Virus record (IMG/VR): IMGVR_UViG_3300049830_000142
Span: 1-64,000 of that record
DNA length: 64,000 nt
DNA from: a virus
Direction: 5' to 3' (one strand)
Made by a program: the position numbers and the translations under genes. The notes below the pieces were generated by a model. The model was not told the DNA's origin. It searched no databases and worked only from the letters and a program-made list of their open reading frames with translations. Shown here piece by piece: positions 1-9,521 of this stretch. The stretch's first letter is position 1. Each line of letters opens with the position of its first letter.

Positions 1-96
1 GAGTAGGATTGCCCGGTGTCCATTCCGAGCCAGTCCTAAACTTGTCGATTGCGAATCCCGTTGCTTTTTTCTTTTGGGGAATAGGAATCATGTTGA

Positions 97-492
97 TTAT
101 TGTTCGAAGTTGACTGTGACTTCGCCAGTTTCCTGGTTAACTGCACGAGAGGTGGAGTAACCCATGTAGGCGAGCTGATCTTCCGCAACGCAGCAGCTAT
201 ACTCCTGCTTGAGTTTGTCAATGTTGTTGCCCAGGCTCTTCTGGATGCTGCCATCGAAGAAGTCACCGTAGAGTTCGATCTCACCCGTCTGTTCATTGAA
301 CAACAGACCGATGTCATATCCCTTAGGATTTTGCATGATCATCGGGTAAACTTTGTTACGGCCGGGATCGCTAGGATATGTGTTGATTTTGCTGTTTTCC
401 TTCAAGCTCCAACCGAAGTTTTCGAGTGCGCGCTTGAGGGCGTTAGTGTGCTCCGTTTTGAAGCTAGAATTGATTTTGACTGTATGGCTCAT
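97..492 (-). CDS. DUF1257-like protein
   Basis: 131 aa. N-terminal MSHTVKI..LKRALENFGW and C-terminal GEVTVNFEQ resemble DUF1257, and it lies in an operon with a Ycf46-like ATPase. Confidence 0.6.
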   Translation of the reverse strand: MSHTVKINSSFKTEHTNALKRALENFGWSLKENSKINTYPSDPGRNKVYPMIMQNPKGYDIGLLFNEQTGEIELYGDFFDGSIQKSLGNNIDKLKQEYSCCVAEDQLAYMGYSTSRAVNQETGEVTVNFEQ

Positions 493-854
493 ATTGCAAT
501 GAATTTTTCGACTTCATCGGTTACCAGTTCATCCATAGGTTGGATGACTAGATCGACGATTCTTTGTTTGTCTTCGTAAATGTCCAGCTGAAGCCTTTTG
601 ATAAGGTCTTGCTTAGATACTACAAAGGTTTTGTTTTTTTCCTTCTCTGTGTCACCTGTTATAACGTATTGAACTTCAGCTGATTCGATTGTCTTGGCTC
701 TACTAGCCCTGTAATCGAATGTAACGTTATTAAGGATACCAAGTGCCTCAACGAAGGGGATGCTAAGTAGTGTAAGTTCTGTCTTGCTACCTTCAGGTTT
801 GACCTTAAGGTAAATGACGTCAAGCAGAAATGGTTCGCCCTCGAATGTGATCAT
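489..854 (-). CDS. hypothetical protein
   Basis: 121 aa ORF tightly packed between co-oriented genes (4-bp overlap with 97..492). Confidence 0.6.
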   Translation of the reverse strand: MITFEGEPFLLDVIYLKVKPEGSKTELTLLSIPFVEALGILNNVTFDYRASRAKTIESAEVQYVITGDTEKEKNKTFVVSKQDLIKRLQLDIYEDKQRIVDLVIQPMDELVTDEVEKFIAI

Positions 855-856
855 GA

Positions 857-1861
857 TCAGATTCCTTCAGTATCAAGTCTCCTAGTGTATTCACCTGTCA
901 AGGCGTCAACGTCAGTCATAGACTTGGCTGTAGTTAGAGTAGTGTTAATCGCTGTGCTAAGACGCACCAATGCTTCGGCGTCAGACTTGAAGTCTGCACC
1001 AGAGCCGATCACCTTCTTAACGAGTGCCAGGTTCTCTTTGACTTTTTTGTCATCGAGGAAATCCAAGGCATCGAAGCTGTCGATCGTGTTCTTGAGCGTT
1101 TTCAGGTTAGCGGTAGACACCACCTCACGGTTCTGGATCTTTTGCGCGATGACTTCAAAGGTCTTGATAATCTCGCCGCGCATACCAGTTGCTGTTTCTT
1201 TAAGGAAGTCCTGCATCTGCTGAAGATGGTGATGGTACTGTCCTTCCATTAGTTTCTCGTATTTGGCCTTAGCAGCTTCTGCAGCAATGTTCTGGGCCTT
1301 GATTTCAGCAACGGAGATCTGCTGCATCCTCTTAGGAAAAGCAATCTCGTAGATGCTGACCGTGAAACCGAATTTCGACCTAACGTCCTGAGCTTCAGGA
1401 TAGTAAGGTTCAAGCAAGGTCTTGAAGTCAGGATAGGCATCCAACATCTTCTGTTTGTAAACAGTGTAGTTGGTGACAAACTTCTCAACCTCGGTCAAGT
1501 AGGCAACGCGGAACTTCTCAAGTTCAGTTATCACGTGCTCCATGTTTTTAGCAGGAACAAAGTGAGCGTCAGCTACAGGGAAACGGTGTGAGTTGTTAAG
1601 CAAGAATGCCCTGGCGTTAGACTCGATGCGTCCAAAGACGAGGCGAACTTCATCGGTAAACAAGGCCTTCTTCCCTAATGTAACGAACGGCGGTAGCTTC
1701 TTTTGCTCCACCCCTTCAGCTGGTTTGTTGTCCAGCCCCAAGTCCTTTTCAGTAGCAGAGACAGTCATGCCCCATTTACTTACGTGAACCTGTACTAAGT
1801 TACCAGCTTGGAACAATTTCTTAAAACGCTTGTCCAAGTCAGGTTGTGTCATGGTATCCAT
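857..1861 (-). CDS. DUF3150-like helical protein
   Basis: 334 aa. LVQVHVSKWG..LGKKALF..RIESNARAFL..RFPVADAHFVP pattern followed by a coiled-coil C-terminal half. Confidence 0.55.
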   Translation of the reverse strand: MDTMTQPDLDKRFKKLFQAGNLVQVHVSKWGMTVSATEKDLGLDNKPAEGVEQKKLPPFVTLGKKALFTDEVRLVFGRIESNARAFLLNNSHRFPVADAHFVPAKNMEHVITELEKFRVAYLTEVEKFVTNYTVYKQKMLDAYPDFKTLLEPYYPEAQDVRSKFGFTVSIYEIAFPKRMQQISVAEIKAQNIAAEAAKAKYEKLMEGQYHHHLQQMQDFLKETATGMRGEIIKTFEVIAQKIQNREVVSTANLKTLKNTIDSFDALDFLDDKKVKENLALVKKVIGSGADFKSDAEALVRLSTAINTTLTTAKSMTDVDALTGEYTRRLDTEGI

Positions 1862-1879
1862 TATTTTAATTTTGAAAGA

Positions 1880-1905
1880 GGGCTGGCCATATTTCAGGCC
1901 AGCCC
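1880..1905 (-). terminator. GC-rich hairpin after the AAA ATPase gene (weak terminator or processing site)
   Basis: 9-bp stem GGGCTGGCC/GGCCAGCCC with an 8-nt loop, followed on the minus strand by TCTTTC. Confidence 0.5.
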
Positions 1906-1914
1906 ATGATTAGT

Positions 1915-3579
1915 TTACGAGAACTTTTCGTCAAGACGGCGGTTGAGACCATCGTCATCCGAACGTTTCCCTTCACCTTCCAGCTGATAGATGCGGCTAG
2001 CACCGCTGGAGTTGACAACACGCAATTTGCCTGCAGCTTTATTGCGCATTTGTTCGATGTCCTCTTTAGCAGTTACGCTGATAGGGACGACTGCTTTGAT
2101 TTCATCAATGATATCGGTCTGCGTGAACTCCTTACCGTCCTTGTCGAAGCGAGTTGACATAGTGCCGATGATGACCTGCTCGATTTCTGCACCGGTGAAG
2201 CCGACCGTCTCTTCAGCCAGTTTCTTGAGGTTACCGCCCTTGATGTCTTCGATCTTACGACCGTAGCGCAACAGGAGCACCTCGAAGATCTTCTCACGCT
2301 CAGCCGGCGAGGGCAGGTCGAGCCAGAAGATTTCATCGAAACGACCTTTACGCACGAACTCTGTGGGGAGACGTGTATGGTCGTTAGAAGTTCCGATCAC
2401 GAACACCGGAGACTTGTGATCACTCAACCAAGTCAGCAACGTAGCAAACGCACGTGAGCTAGTGCCAGTATCACCTGCACCAGAAGTTGCATTGCGGTTC
2501 AAGGACTTCTCGATTTCATCAATGAAGAGCACGCAACGGCCAATACTTTCCACCACTTCGATGACTTTGCGGAAGTTTTCTTCCGATTCACCGACGAACT
2601 TGCCGAACAAGGCACCGATGTCTAACTGGAAGAGCGGGAAACCGAACTCGTTAGCGATAGCTTTGGCGAACTCAGTCTTACCACAACCAGGAATACCGCA
2701 CAGCAAGATGCCCTTAGGATAAGGAAGCTTGTATGCGCGCGCAGCCGTTGAATAAGCTTTACCACGAGCACGAGCCCATTTCTTCAAGCCTTCCATACCA
2801 CCGATGTTGTCGAAGCGTCCACCAGTCTTGATGTATTGCAGCAAGCCGTTACGCTTGACCTGTTTCACTTTCTCCTCGAACACGCTCAAAACGAATTCAT
2901 TGTTGAACTCGTGATTTTCGATGATAGCCAGTGAGAAGGCATCGTGTGCTTCACCAAAGGTCAGACCCTTGGCTGCTTCAATTGACGCCTGTTTGACGTC
3001 TTCCGAGAGCACCTGTTCCGGGCGACCCTTATCTTTCTGCTTCTTGTTGAAGATAGTCATGACGGATGTAAGGATGCCTTCCAGCTGCTTGTCATCGGGG
3101 AGATGATAGTCCAGGATCTGGATGTCTTTCTCCAATTCAACCGGGATCTTGATGATAGGTGAAATGAAGACGATCATGTTACCCTTGCACTTCAGTTCCT
3201 CAATCGCGTTACGAATCGGACGAATCTGACCAGGAGCTTCGATAAAGGAATGGAAATCCTTCATGATGATAACGTTACGACCAGAGGTGCTGCCGATGCC
3301 TTTGATGTTGTCAATGACGTTGGCCAGACCATAGTCTTTGCCAGGAGTGCCTTTGACCTGTTCCCAAGAACCGCCTTGAGCGCCGTTAGCAGACTTGTTA
3401 TGTTTCTCAAGCAAACGTTTGCTATCCCAGCTATAGATCGAGATGGGAATAGTGGCGTCGTTGAGGGAGTTGATGATGGAGCGGGTTACGCGTCCTTCTT
3501 CGTGCGTGCGGATGTAAAGAAGCGGGTAACTAGCGCGCAGGTAGTTTTTGAACTTCTCTTCGAATGATAAGTTTTGCAT
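1915..3579 (-). CDS. Ycf46-like AAA+ ATPase
   Basis: Walker A GIPGCGKT, Walker [20 protein letters not shown]-terminal degenerate AAA domain starting [17 protein letters not shown]. Confidence 0.85.
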   Translation of the reverse strand: MQNLSFEEKFKNYLRASYPLLYIRTHEEGRVTRSIINSLNDATIPISIYSWDSKRLLEKHNKSANGAQGGSWEQVKGTPGKDYGLANVIDNIKGIGSTSGRNVIIMKDFHSFIEAPGQIRPIRNAIEELKCKGNMIVFISPIIKIPVELEKDIQILDYHLPDDKQLEGILTSVMTIFNKKQKDKGRPEQVLSEDVKQASIEAAKGLTFGEAHDAFSLAIIENHEFNNEFVLSVFEEKVKQVKRNGLLQYIKTGGRFDNIGGMEGLKKWARARGKAYSTAARAYKLPYPKGILLCGIPGCGKTEFAKAIANEFGFPLFQLDIGALFGKFVGESEENFRKVIEVVESIGRCVLFIDEIEKSLNRNATSGAGDTGTSSRAFATLLTWLSDHKSPVFVIGTSNDHTRLPTEFVRKGRFDEIFWLDLPSPAEREKIFEVLLLRYGRKIEDIKGGNLKKLAEETVGFTGAEIEQVIIGTMSTRFDKDGKEFTQTDIIDEIKAVVPISVTAKEDIEQMRNKAAGKLRVVNSSGASRIYQLEGEGKRSDDDGLNRRLDEKFS

Positions 3580-3587
3580 TTTGTTGG

Positions 3588-3938
3588 TTAGTTTACGTTG
3601 AGGAGCTCAGTCAGTTCATGGTCCAATTTAGGATCACCTTCTTGAGCAATTAGTTTGTGGGCTATCAGTTGTGCACGGCTCATCCCGGAACACTCATGAT
3701 CGTCAATAAGTGTAATGGTGTCGGTTCCAGGAGCTGGCAGTTCATCGGACTCTTCTGCAGACTCAATGTCTGCTAAATTGACAGTAACGGCAGCGTGATC
3801 AAAGTCAACGATTGCGCTGTTACCTTGCATTTCCAGGACTATGCCTGTATGCCCGTGTAGACGGGACAGTGGATCTTCAGGTTGATAGCGCTGTGTGAAG
3901 ACAACGCTATCTCCTGCATTAATTGTTTGGTTTTGCAT
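3588..3938 (-). CDS. hypothetical protein with a small beta-barrel (SH3/KOW-like) N-terminus
   Basis: AGDSVVF..GHTGIVLE..IVDF pattern. Start moved to ATG 3938 (MQNQT), which follows an A-rich leader. Confidence 0.5.
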   Translation of the reverse strand: MQNQTINAGDSVVFTQRYQPEDPLSRLHGHTGIVLEMQGNSAIVDFDHAAVTVNLADIESAEESDELPAPGTDTITLIDDHECSGMSRAQLIAHKLIAQEGDPKLDHELTELLNVN

Positions 3939-4046
3939 CTTTTGTTTTTTGGTTTGTTGTTTTGGTGATGTCCGAAGTATAACTCCCACGAACCTTTTTC
4001 TCGGTATCTTGGGGTTTAGCTTTAGATTTGTATTTTTTTGCCGTTC

Positions 4047-4075
4047 TTGACATAAGGTCTTGAATTGGTTAGAAT
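4047..4075 (+). promoter_or_regulatory. sigma70-type promoter upstream of terminase
   Basis: TTGACA-N17-TAGAAT. Confidence 0.75.
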
Positions 4076-4188
4076 TGTGATTACTTAAAGATTAGCGTGA
4101 TTAGGTTGAAGATTTGTGATAAGCATTGAAAAAATTGATCAGCCGCGAGTTCTAGGCCATAGCCTAGATCATCACGTTCCGAATTCCT

Positions 4189-5895
4189 ATGCTTTCTCTC
4201 CATGATTCCTTTGAAAGGGCTACTCAGCTGCTAAAACAGAAAGATCAAAAGTCACGATTTTTAGCAAGACAACTGCTATTCCTGCACAATCCTTTGAGCA
4301 GGCTCGTAGAACTCTATCTGTATAACAACGAGGGGCAACCGCAGAAATTGGATAAGTTTCCAATGATGCGTGCCATTTACGACGGTGTGCCGAGAAAATT
4401 ACTGCTTAAGTGTTCACGTAAAACTTTGAAATCGACGTTGATTAGTAACATAATCGCCTTGAATCTTATTAGGTATAATTATTATAAGATGATGTACATC
4501 GCACCTAATGAGCAGGCTACCAAACGCTTTTCCCACGACTATTTGAGCGCACGCTTTCAGAGTCCTCCATTGAAGGACATCTTAAGCAAACTATCAAAGA
4601 ACGATGTATACGTTAAGGAAGTCGAGGACTCCCACAGCAACATCATTCTAACCTACGCTAGTGAAGACGCTAATCGTACCCGTGGTCCGGCTACAGATCA
4701 TAACGTATTCGACGAGGTGCAGGGTATGAACCTGGACATCTTACCCATTATCAATGAGACAATGGCTATCAGTCAGGTTAAACGCGAGGTCTACGCAGGT
4801 ACGCCACTTACTACAGACAACACTATTAGCTGTCTATGGAAGAAGGCGCACCAAATTGAATGGATAACTAAGTGTTCAGGCTGCAATCACTGGAACATGC
4901 TTACAGAAGCCAATGAGCCTCTGAAGATGATTCTTAAAGCAGGGTTGAGCTGCAGCAAATGCAGCAAGCTGTTAGACACTAGTGCTGGCCAATGGGTTGA
5001 TATGAATCCAGGAGACAGGGAAATCTACGGGTTTCATATGGCTCAGCCTATCCTACCTTACTACAACCAGACTGAAAGAGGTTGGAAGGAAATTTATAAC
5101 AAGGTACACAACATTGACAGTAGCTACAGTGTGCTACAGGTCTATAACGAAGTCTTTGGACTTCCTTACGACGTTGGTACTAAACCGATCACGGAAGAGC
5201 ATCTGAAGTCATTGTGCGTGCTTGGCGACATTAGGACTGTGTATGGCAGGAACATGAGCAGATACGTCTACACTGCGATGGGTGTTGACTGGGGTGTTAA
5301 TCCAGAAAGCTCTAGAACAGTTTGCACTATACTAGGATTTAGACCAGACGGTATCATTGAAGTCTTTTATATCAAGATCTTCAAGAACGTGGACTATGAA
5401 CAGCAGATAAGAGAGATAGCTGATTTAGCCAGGGCATTTAATTGTAACGTGTTTGCTGACTCAGGACCAGATCCGTTAAGAGCAAAGATGTTAGGTAATC
5501 TATATGAGCCATCCAGAACTCAGCTTATCTCTTATCGTGAAACTAATTTAACTCAGTACACTGATATACCGGCTAATGCTTTGGATTGGAGTCAGACTAG
5601 GTGGTGCTTGAACAGAAGTGAAACTATGAGCTTCACTATGGACTTGCTCAAGAAGAACAGAATCCTATTTCCTGCTTGGGATAGTGGTGATACCGCCGAA
5701 GCTATGCAAGACATCCTCAACATCTTCATTGAGGTTAAGGAAGATAACTTAAGAAGCAAAGTGTTTTATAGGCATCGTGATACTGATCCTGATGACTTCT
5801 ATCATACACTAAATTACGCTGCTTGTTCTGCGCATTTGTGGGCCGGTAACAGTTTCTTTACGACTCACAATATTAGTAGTATGGATGATAACTAA
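4189..5895 (+). CDS. terL: terminase large subunit
   Basis: ATPase domain (KCSRKTLKST Walker-A-like, NVFDEVQ Walker B, YAGTP), CxxC..CxxC zinc insert, RNase H-like nuclease (GVDWG, FADSG, DPDDFYH). Confidence 0.8.
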   Translation: MLSLHDSFERATQLLKQKDQKSRFLARQLLFLHNPLSRLVELYLYNNEGQPQKLDKFPMMRAIYDGVPRKLLLKCSRKTLKSTLISNIIALNLIRYNYYKMMYIAPNEQATKRFSHDYLSARFQSPPLKDILSKLSKNDVYVKEVEDSHSNIILTYASEDANRTRGPATDHNVFDEVQGMNLDILPIINETMAISQVKREVYAGTPLTTDNTISCLWKKAHQIEWITKCSGCNHWNMLTEANEPLKMILKAGLSCSKCSKLLDTSAGQWVDMNPGDREIYGFHMAQPILPYYNQTERGWKEIYNKVHNIDSSYSVLQVYNEVFGLPYDVGTKPITEEHLKSLCVLGDIRTVYGRNMSRYVYTAMGVDWGVNPESSRTVCTILGFRPDGIIEVFYIKIFKNVDYEQQIREIADLARAFNCNVFADSGPDPLRAKMLGNLYEPSRTQLISYRETNLTQYTDIPANALDWSQTRWCLNRSETMSFTMDLLKKNRILFPAWDSGDTAEAMQDILNIFIEVKEDNLRSKVFYRHRDTDPDDFYHTLNYAACSAHLWAGNSFFTTHNISSMDDN

Positions 5896-5897
5896 TC

Positions 5898-5975
5898 TGC
5901 GCTGTGGTAGACTGGAATACACAGCTAAAGTGAAATACCTTTAGCTGCACGGAGGTTCAAATCCTTTCAGCGCAA
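5898..5975 (+). tRNA. tRNA-like element with an elongated anticodon arm; no assignable anticodon
   Basis: Acceptor TGCGCTG/CAGCGCA (7 bp), T8G9, D loop with GG, T arm GGAGG-TTCAAAT-CCTTT. The anticodon stem is 7-9 bp with an 8-nt loop TGAAATAC. No encoded CCA. Confidence 0.6.
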
Positions 5976-5976
5976 A

Positions 5977-6372
5977 TTACAAATAATGTAACTCTTTGTG
6001 ACAGTTTGAGCACAGTAGTATACACTTTTTTGTTTCTTCTAAAACTTCTTTTCTAGTTTTTAAGTTTACCATTTGCCTGATAGAGATAGCTTTACCATTA
6101 TGCTTATATTTAGTAGAAGGATCAGTATGATGAAATTCTAAAGCTTGTAGGCATTTGTCATAACCACATTTTGTACACTTACCACCTCGGTCATTTTTGA
6201 TTGTAATCATGTAGTAGTTTCTCGATTTGTTTTGTCGAGCGTGTTGTTTATTTTTTACATCAGAAGAACAATGATATGCTATATTACCTTTGCTACAGCC
6301 TACTATTTTACTAATTTCCGCATAAGATTTCTTATTTTTACGTAATACTAAAATTCTTTGTTTAAGTGTCAT
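5977..6372 (-). CDS. HNH endonuclease with N-terminal HTH
   Basis: CTKCGY..LEFHH..CILLCSNCHKELH; N-terminal SYAEISKIVGCSKGNIAYH helix-turn-helix; AT-rich relative to neighbours. Confidence 0.85.
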   Translation of the reverse strand: MTLKQRILVLRKNKKSYAEISKIVGCSKGNIAYHCSSDVKNKQHARQNKSRNYYMITIKNDRGGKCTKCGYDKCLQALEFHHTDPSTKYKHNGKAISIRQMVNLKTRKEVLEETKKCILLCSNCHKELHYL

Positions 6373-6378
6373 AGTTCA

Positions 6379-6407
6379 ATTCTACTCAATAGAGTTGAAC
6401 TAGTCAA
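6379..6407 (-). promoter_or_regulatory. sigma70 promoter, leaderless, for the HNH gene
   Basis: TTGACT-N17-TAGAAT, then 6 nt, then ATG 6372. Confidence 0.7.
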
Positions 6408-6419
6408 ATTTTATTTAGC

Positions 6420-6995
6420 TTACTGGAATTTTGCAAGGTACTCATTAATCTTTTCCTTCTTCTTATTGTAGACCTCTGCCAAAGCTTCTTGCTTTTCTAT
6501 TTGGCTATCAGAGTTATGCTCACCAGGCAAAGAAGGCATGATGGCGGAAGGGAATTCATTAGGAGCGAAGAAGAGGCCATATTCTGAAAAGATCATACCA
6601 GCATAGGCTTTGATCTCATCAGTAAATTGCAAACCTTCTTCAAGGAACTTAGAGCGTAACACTTCTATCTCCGGCATTGCTGCAGCTATCTGTTCAGCGT
6701 CAATAGGTTCTAGAGTGTCGTAATCGAAAGGTTCACCATTGAGTGCATGGATGCAATTGTTAAATGCATGCCAGTCAGTCTCAAAAGCGTCGGTATTGAG
6801 AATAGTAATAGCAGCCTGAAGCTTGTCAGACTGTTCTTCTGAGAGAGTGATGTTGTATTCTTCCAACAACTCAATCCTCAGGATATGTGGGTCCCAGGCA
6901 AAGCAATCAACACCGAACTCTGCTACTACTGCTAAGAGTAGTGCGCAAGCCGGTGCTGATTTGTCTTTGAGGACGATTGGGGAAAAATCGTGCAT
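6420..6995 (-). CDS. conserved phage hypothetical protein
   Basis: Acidic 191-aa ORF. Start at ATG 6995 gives a TAATG overlap with the upstream gene's stop. Confidence 0.65.
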   Translation of the reverse strand: MHDFSPIVLKDKSAPACALLLAVVAEFGVDCFAWDPHILRIELLEEYNITLSEEQSDKLQAAITILNTDAFETDWHAFNNCIHALNGEPFDYDTLEPIDAEQIAAAMPEIEVLRSKFLEEGLQFTDEIKAYAGMIFSEYGLFFAPNEFPSAIMPSLPGEHNSDSQIEKQEALAEVYNKKKEKINEYLAKFQ

Positions 6996-8038
6996 TAGCA
7001 AGCAGATATATTGCTCAGCTCTCTAAACAACGCCACATCAGAACCAGGCATAGTCGGGAGAACATCGCGTAGTTCAGTGGCATTGGCAGGATCGATGTCG
7101 CAACCAAAAGCTTGTTTGAAAATGTCTTTGCTGACTTTCTGGAGATCATCCATCTTGTAATAGTCTCCATCCATCTTGACGACGTTCATGATGTCGGCAA
7201 GCTTAGTCATGCTCAATGTCATGGTGCGGTCAACGATATCACCGAATTCACGATAAACCAAAGGCTTGTCGTAAACACCGGCAGATTTTTCAATCTTATA
7301 TGCTTCGGCACAGACACTATAAGCGTCTTCCCTACAAGTAATAGCAGCAGCCTTCTCTAGAAGGGGCTGGTACTCTTTCTGATAAACTTCACTCAATTTA
7401 CGCATGCGCCTAGAGAGTGTGTCTTCAAATTCTCGAACATCAGGGAAGAACATACCGCCATACTTGCAGATTAAGTCAGGCAGTTCAGTGATACCGGCTT
7501 CAGCAGCCTTATCAATGAACGCATGAGCAATTTTGTTTCTCCAAGCGAAAGGGTAATTCTTGATGTTGTTAACGAACTGTTCAGCTTGGAACTTAATGTC
7601 TTCGGCTGTCTTGTAAGGAAATAAATCGTAAGTCGTATCGTTCATCTCTACAGATGCGATAGATTGTTCTGTGTAGTCAGCAGCTGATTTTTCCATAATG
7701 TTAGTGTTATATTTGTCGAGGTCGCCCTTGATAGAAAACACTTCAGCTGCTTTGTTAATTCTGGTCTCCACGTCTTTGACGTAGTTGTGACCCCAAAGCT
7801 TTGCTAACTCAGCCTTCTTGTTTATAAAGTAGGCGTTACTAACATAAACATCAGGTGCTGAATTGATAGGGAAAGCGCGATGGTACTTGTCAGCAAAGGC
7901 ATCGTCTAGCAGTTCATTTGCTGCCAACTTTGTCATACATTCTCCTTGCTTCACGAAGTCAGGAGTGGTATTGATATTCAAGTAGCTATAAAGCTCTCGG
8001 TATGAATAGTCACTGGTTACATCTAGGCTATATTTCAT
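6995..8038 (-). CDS. probable virion/head protein with repeated K-x-A motifs
   Basis: Start at ATG 8038 (MKYSLD) is supported by a promoter 6 nt upstream. Contains KQG, KLAA, KSAA, KAAA, KSAG, KLAD. Confidence 0.6.
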   Translation of the reverse strand: MKYSLDVTSDYSYRELYSYLNINTTPDFVKQGECMTKLAANELLDDAFADKYHRAFPINSAPDVYVSNAYFINKKAELAKLWGHNYVKDVETRINKAAEVFSIKGDLDKYNTNIMEKSAADYTEQSIASVEMNDTTYDLFPYKTAEDIKFQAEQFVNNIKNYPFAWRNKIAHAFIDKAAEAGITELPDLICKYGGMFFPDVREFEDTLSRRMRKLSEVYQKEYQPLLEKAAAITCREDAYSVCAEAYKIEKSAGVYDKPLVYREFGDIVDRTMTLSMTKLADIMNVVKMDGDYYKMDDLQKVSKDIFKQAFGCDIDPANATELRDVLPTMPGSDVALFRELSNISAC

Positions 8039-8044
8039 AGTATT

Positions 8045-8073
8045 AGTATAACCACGGGCATCCAGATCAGCAA
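8045..8073 (-). promoter_or_regulatory. sigma70 promoter, leaderless
   Basis: TTGCTG-N17-TATACT, then 6 nt, then ATG 8038. Confidence 0.6.
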
Positions 8074-8081
8074 GATATTTT

Positions 8082-9422
8082 ATGACAGTCAACGAATTTT
8101 GTACTAGGTTAAACTTACAATCAGTTTTGGTGCATTTTGCCTGCGAAAGGCCTAAATCCACCCACAAAGTCCCTAGGTTAGGACAGCTAGCCTTAGCCCA
8201 AGATGACAATGCTTATAACGCCATTGATCTCTTCTTCTTTACACAGCCGCATAAGATAAAGAGAGATGATTATGAGTTTGGTAGGAAATGCTATAGCTAC
8301 TTTGTACAGGAGCATCCGGAGCTCTTTGATATACCGCCAAAGTATACTGAAACGGACGAACTTAGCTTTGCGCAGGACTATACCTTACATAGAAGTCAGG
8401 AGAGGTTCTGGCTAGCTTGTAGGACTGCTGGCAAGGAGATGCCAATGTATTACAACGGAAAGCCTATCATGATGGGTAAACTGCTGAATGAACTTGGTAT
8501 GCCTAAGTTTACACAGACTGAAATAGGTGTAGTCACTGCTAAGCACATCAGTGATCCTGTCTTCCGTCCACTGTTGTTAAATGAAGCTTACTCTAACAAG
8601 TTACTGTTACCTACGTTTTATGCGCCAGGTAAATTAGCTTCATTAGAGATCATTCTTAATCCTAAGGACATTGCTGACCGAAAGATGATCTACCGTAACC
8701 CCGAACCTGGCTGGTATGGTAGGTTAGGTGGAAGTGTAGTTGGAGATATACGAAACTTGTTTGAGATCGAAGGTTGTACTTGGTCTCAGAAAATTGTTGG
8801 TTGGTCTGATAAAGTATTGAATCTTCATCATTCCTTGAAGCCGCAGCAGTGTATCGAGATTTGGCAACATACTGAAGAGATAGCTTCTAACTGTAATCCA
8901 TTGTCGCTAATAAAAACACCTGATCTGCATAAAGAGATCAAAGGTACGCTAGGAAAGCTGACAATTAAAAAAATGAAGGAGTTAGAAGCGATTACCGGCA
9001 TTCCCTTAAAACAGGCCTGGATTAAGGAGAAGACATCTGAAGTCAATATCAGTGGTACAAAGTTTCTTAGGATCGATGATAGGTACTATTATACTATTGG
9101 AAAAAATACCTATGAGTTCACTAACTTTGCGATGGAACTCTCTGAAATCAAGAAAGTGGGTGATGTCTACTATCAATTCGGTAGCATCATAAAAGACGGT
9201 GAGATTGCAGCATTCAAGATAAAATGCAAAGCTTTCATTAGCCAGTACTCATTGCTAAAAGAAATGACTGACATTATGTTAGATGCAGGCCTGGGCACTC
9301 CTAGAGTTACTCCAAACTATAAGAACTATCTACCAAATGTGATAGAAGCCTTTAATCCGGAGAACGACCAAGAGATGCCCAAGCCCGCTGCAAAGGAACT
9401 TACTGTGCCTGACCTTGACTAA
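8082..9422 (+). CDS. hypothetical protein
   Basis: 446-aa open frame with no recognisable catalytic motif. Confidence 0.7.
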   Translation: MTVNEFCTRLNLQSVLVHFACERPKSTHKVPRLGQLALAQDDNAYNAIDLFFFTQPHKIKRDDYEFGRKCYSYFVQEHPELFDIPPKYTETDELSFAQDYTLHRSQERFWLACRTAGKEMPMYYNGKPIMMGKLLNELGMPKFTQTEIGVVTAKHISDPVFRPLLLNEAYSNKLLLPTFYAPGKLASLEIILNPKDIADRKMIYRNPEPGWYGRLGGSVVGDIRNLFEIEGCTWSQKIVGWSDKVLNLHHSLKPQQCIEIWQHTEEIASNCNPLSLIKTPDLHKEIKGTLGKLTIKKMKELEAITGIPLKQAWIKEKTSEVNISGTKFLRIDDRYYYTIGKNTYEFTNFAMELSEIKKVGDVYYQFGSIIKDGEIAAFKIKCKAFISQYSLLKEMTDIMLDAGLGTPRVTPNYKNYLPNVIEAFNPENDQEMPKPAAKELTVPDLD

Positions 9423-9432
9423 TCAGCACTCG

Positions 9433-9515
9433 TCAAGGGCCAAGTGTATTTTGTTTTAATTTGTGTTTGAGACGTTGGCCCCTGAAGGATACTGACTATC
9501 CTATCAAGGGCCAAG
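9433..9515. repeat. direct-inverted-direct repeat between convergent genes
   Basis: TCAAGGGCCAAG at 9433 and 9504; near-complement TTGGCCCCTGA at 9475; AGGATA/TATCCT extends the right-hand stem. Confidence 0.65.
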
Positions 9516-9521
9516 ACACAA

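Noticed and set aside
1-91. Minus-strand ORF start MIPIPQKKKATG running off the left edge
   Set aside because: Only 30 codons are visible and there is no motif, so it cannot be supported.
100-3567. Plus-strand ORFs (100..579, 885..1223, 1991..2266, 3250..3567 and others)
   Set aside because: They are antisense shadows of well-supported minus-strand genes and carry no motifs.
5977-6372. HNH as a terminase-associated packaging nuclease (HK97 gp74-like)
   Set aside because: It is convergent to terL, has its own promoter and an HTH, and is AT-rich, which fits a mobile free-standing endonuclease better.
8039-8209. N-terminal extension of ORF 6995..8209 given in the track
   Set aside because: It overlaps the divergent 8082 gene, and a consensus promoter sits 6 nt before ATG 8038.
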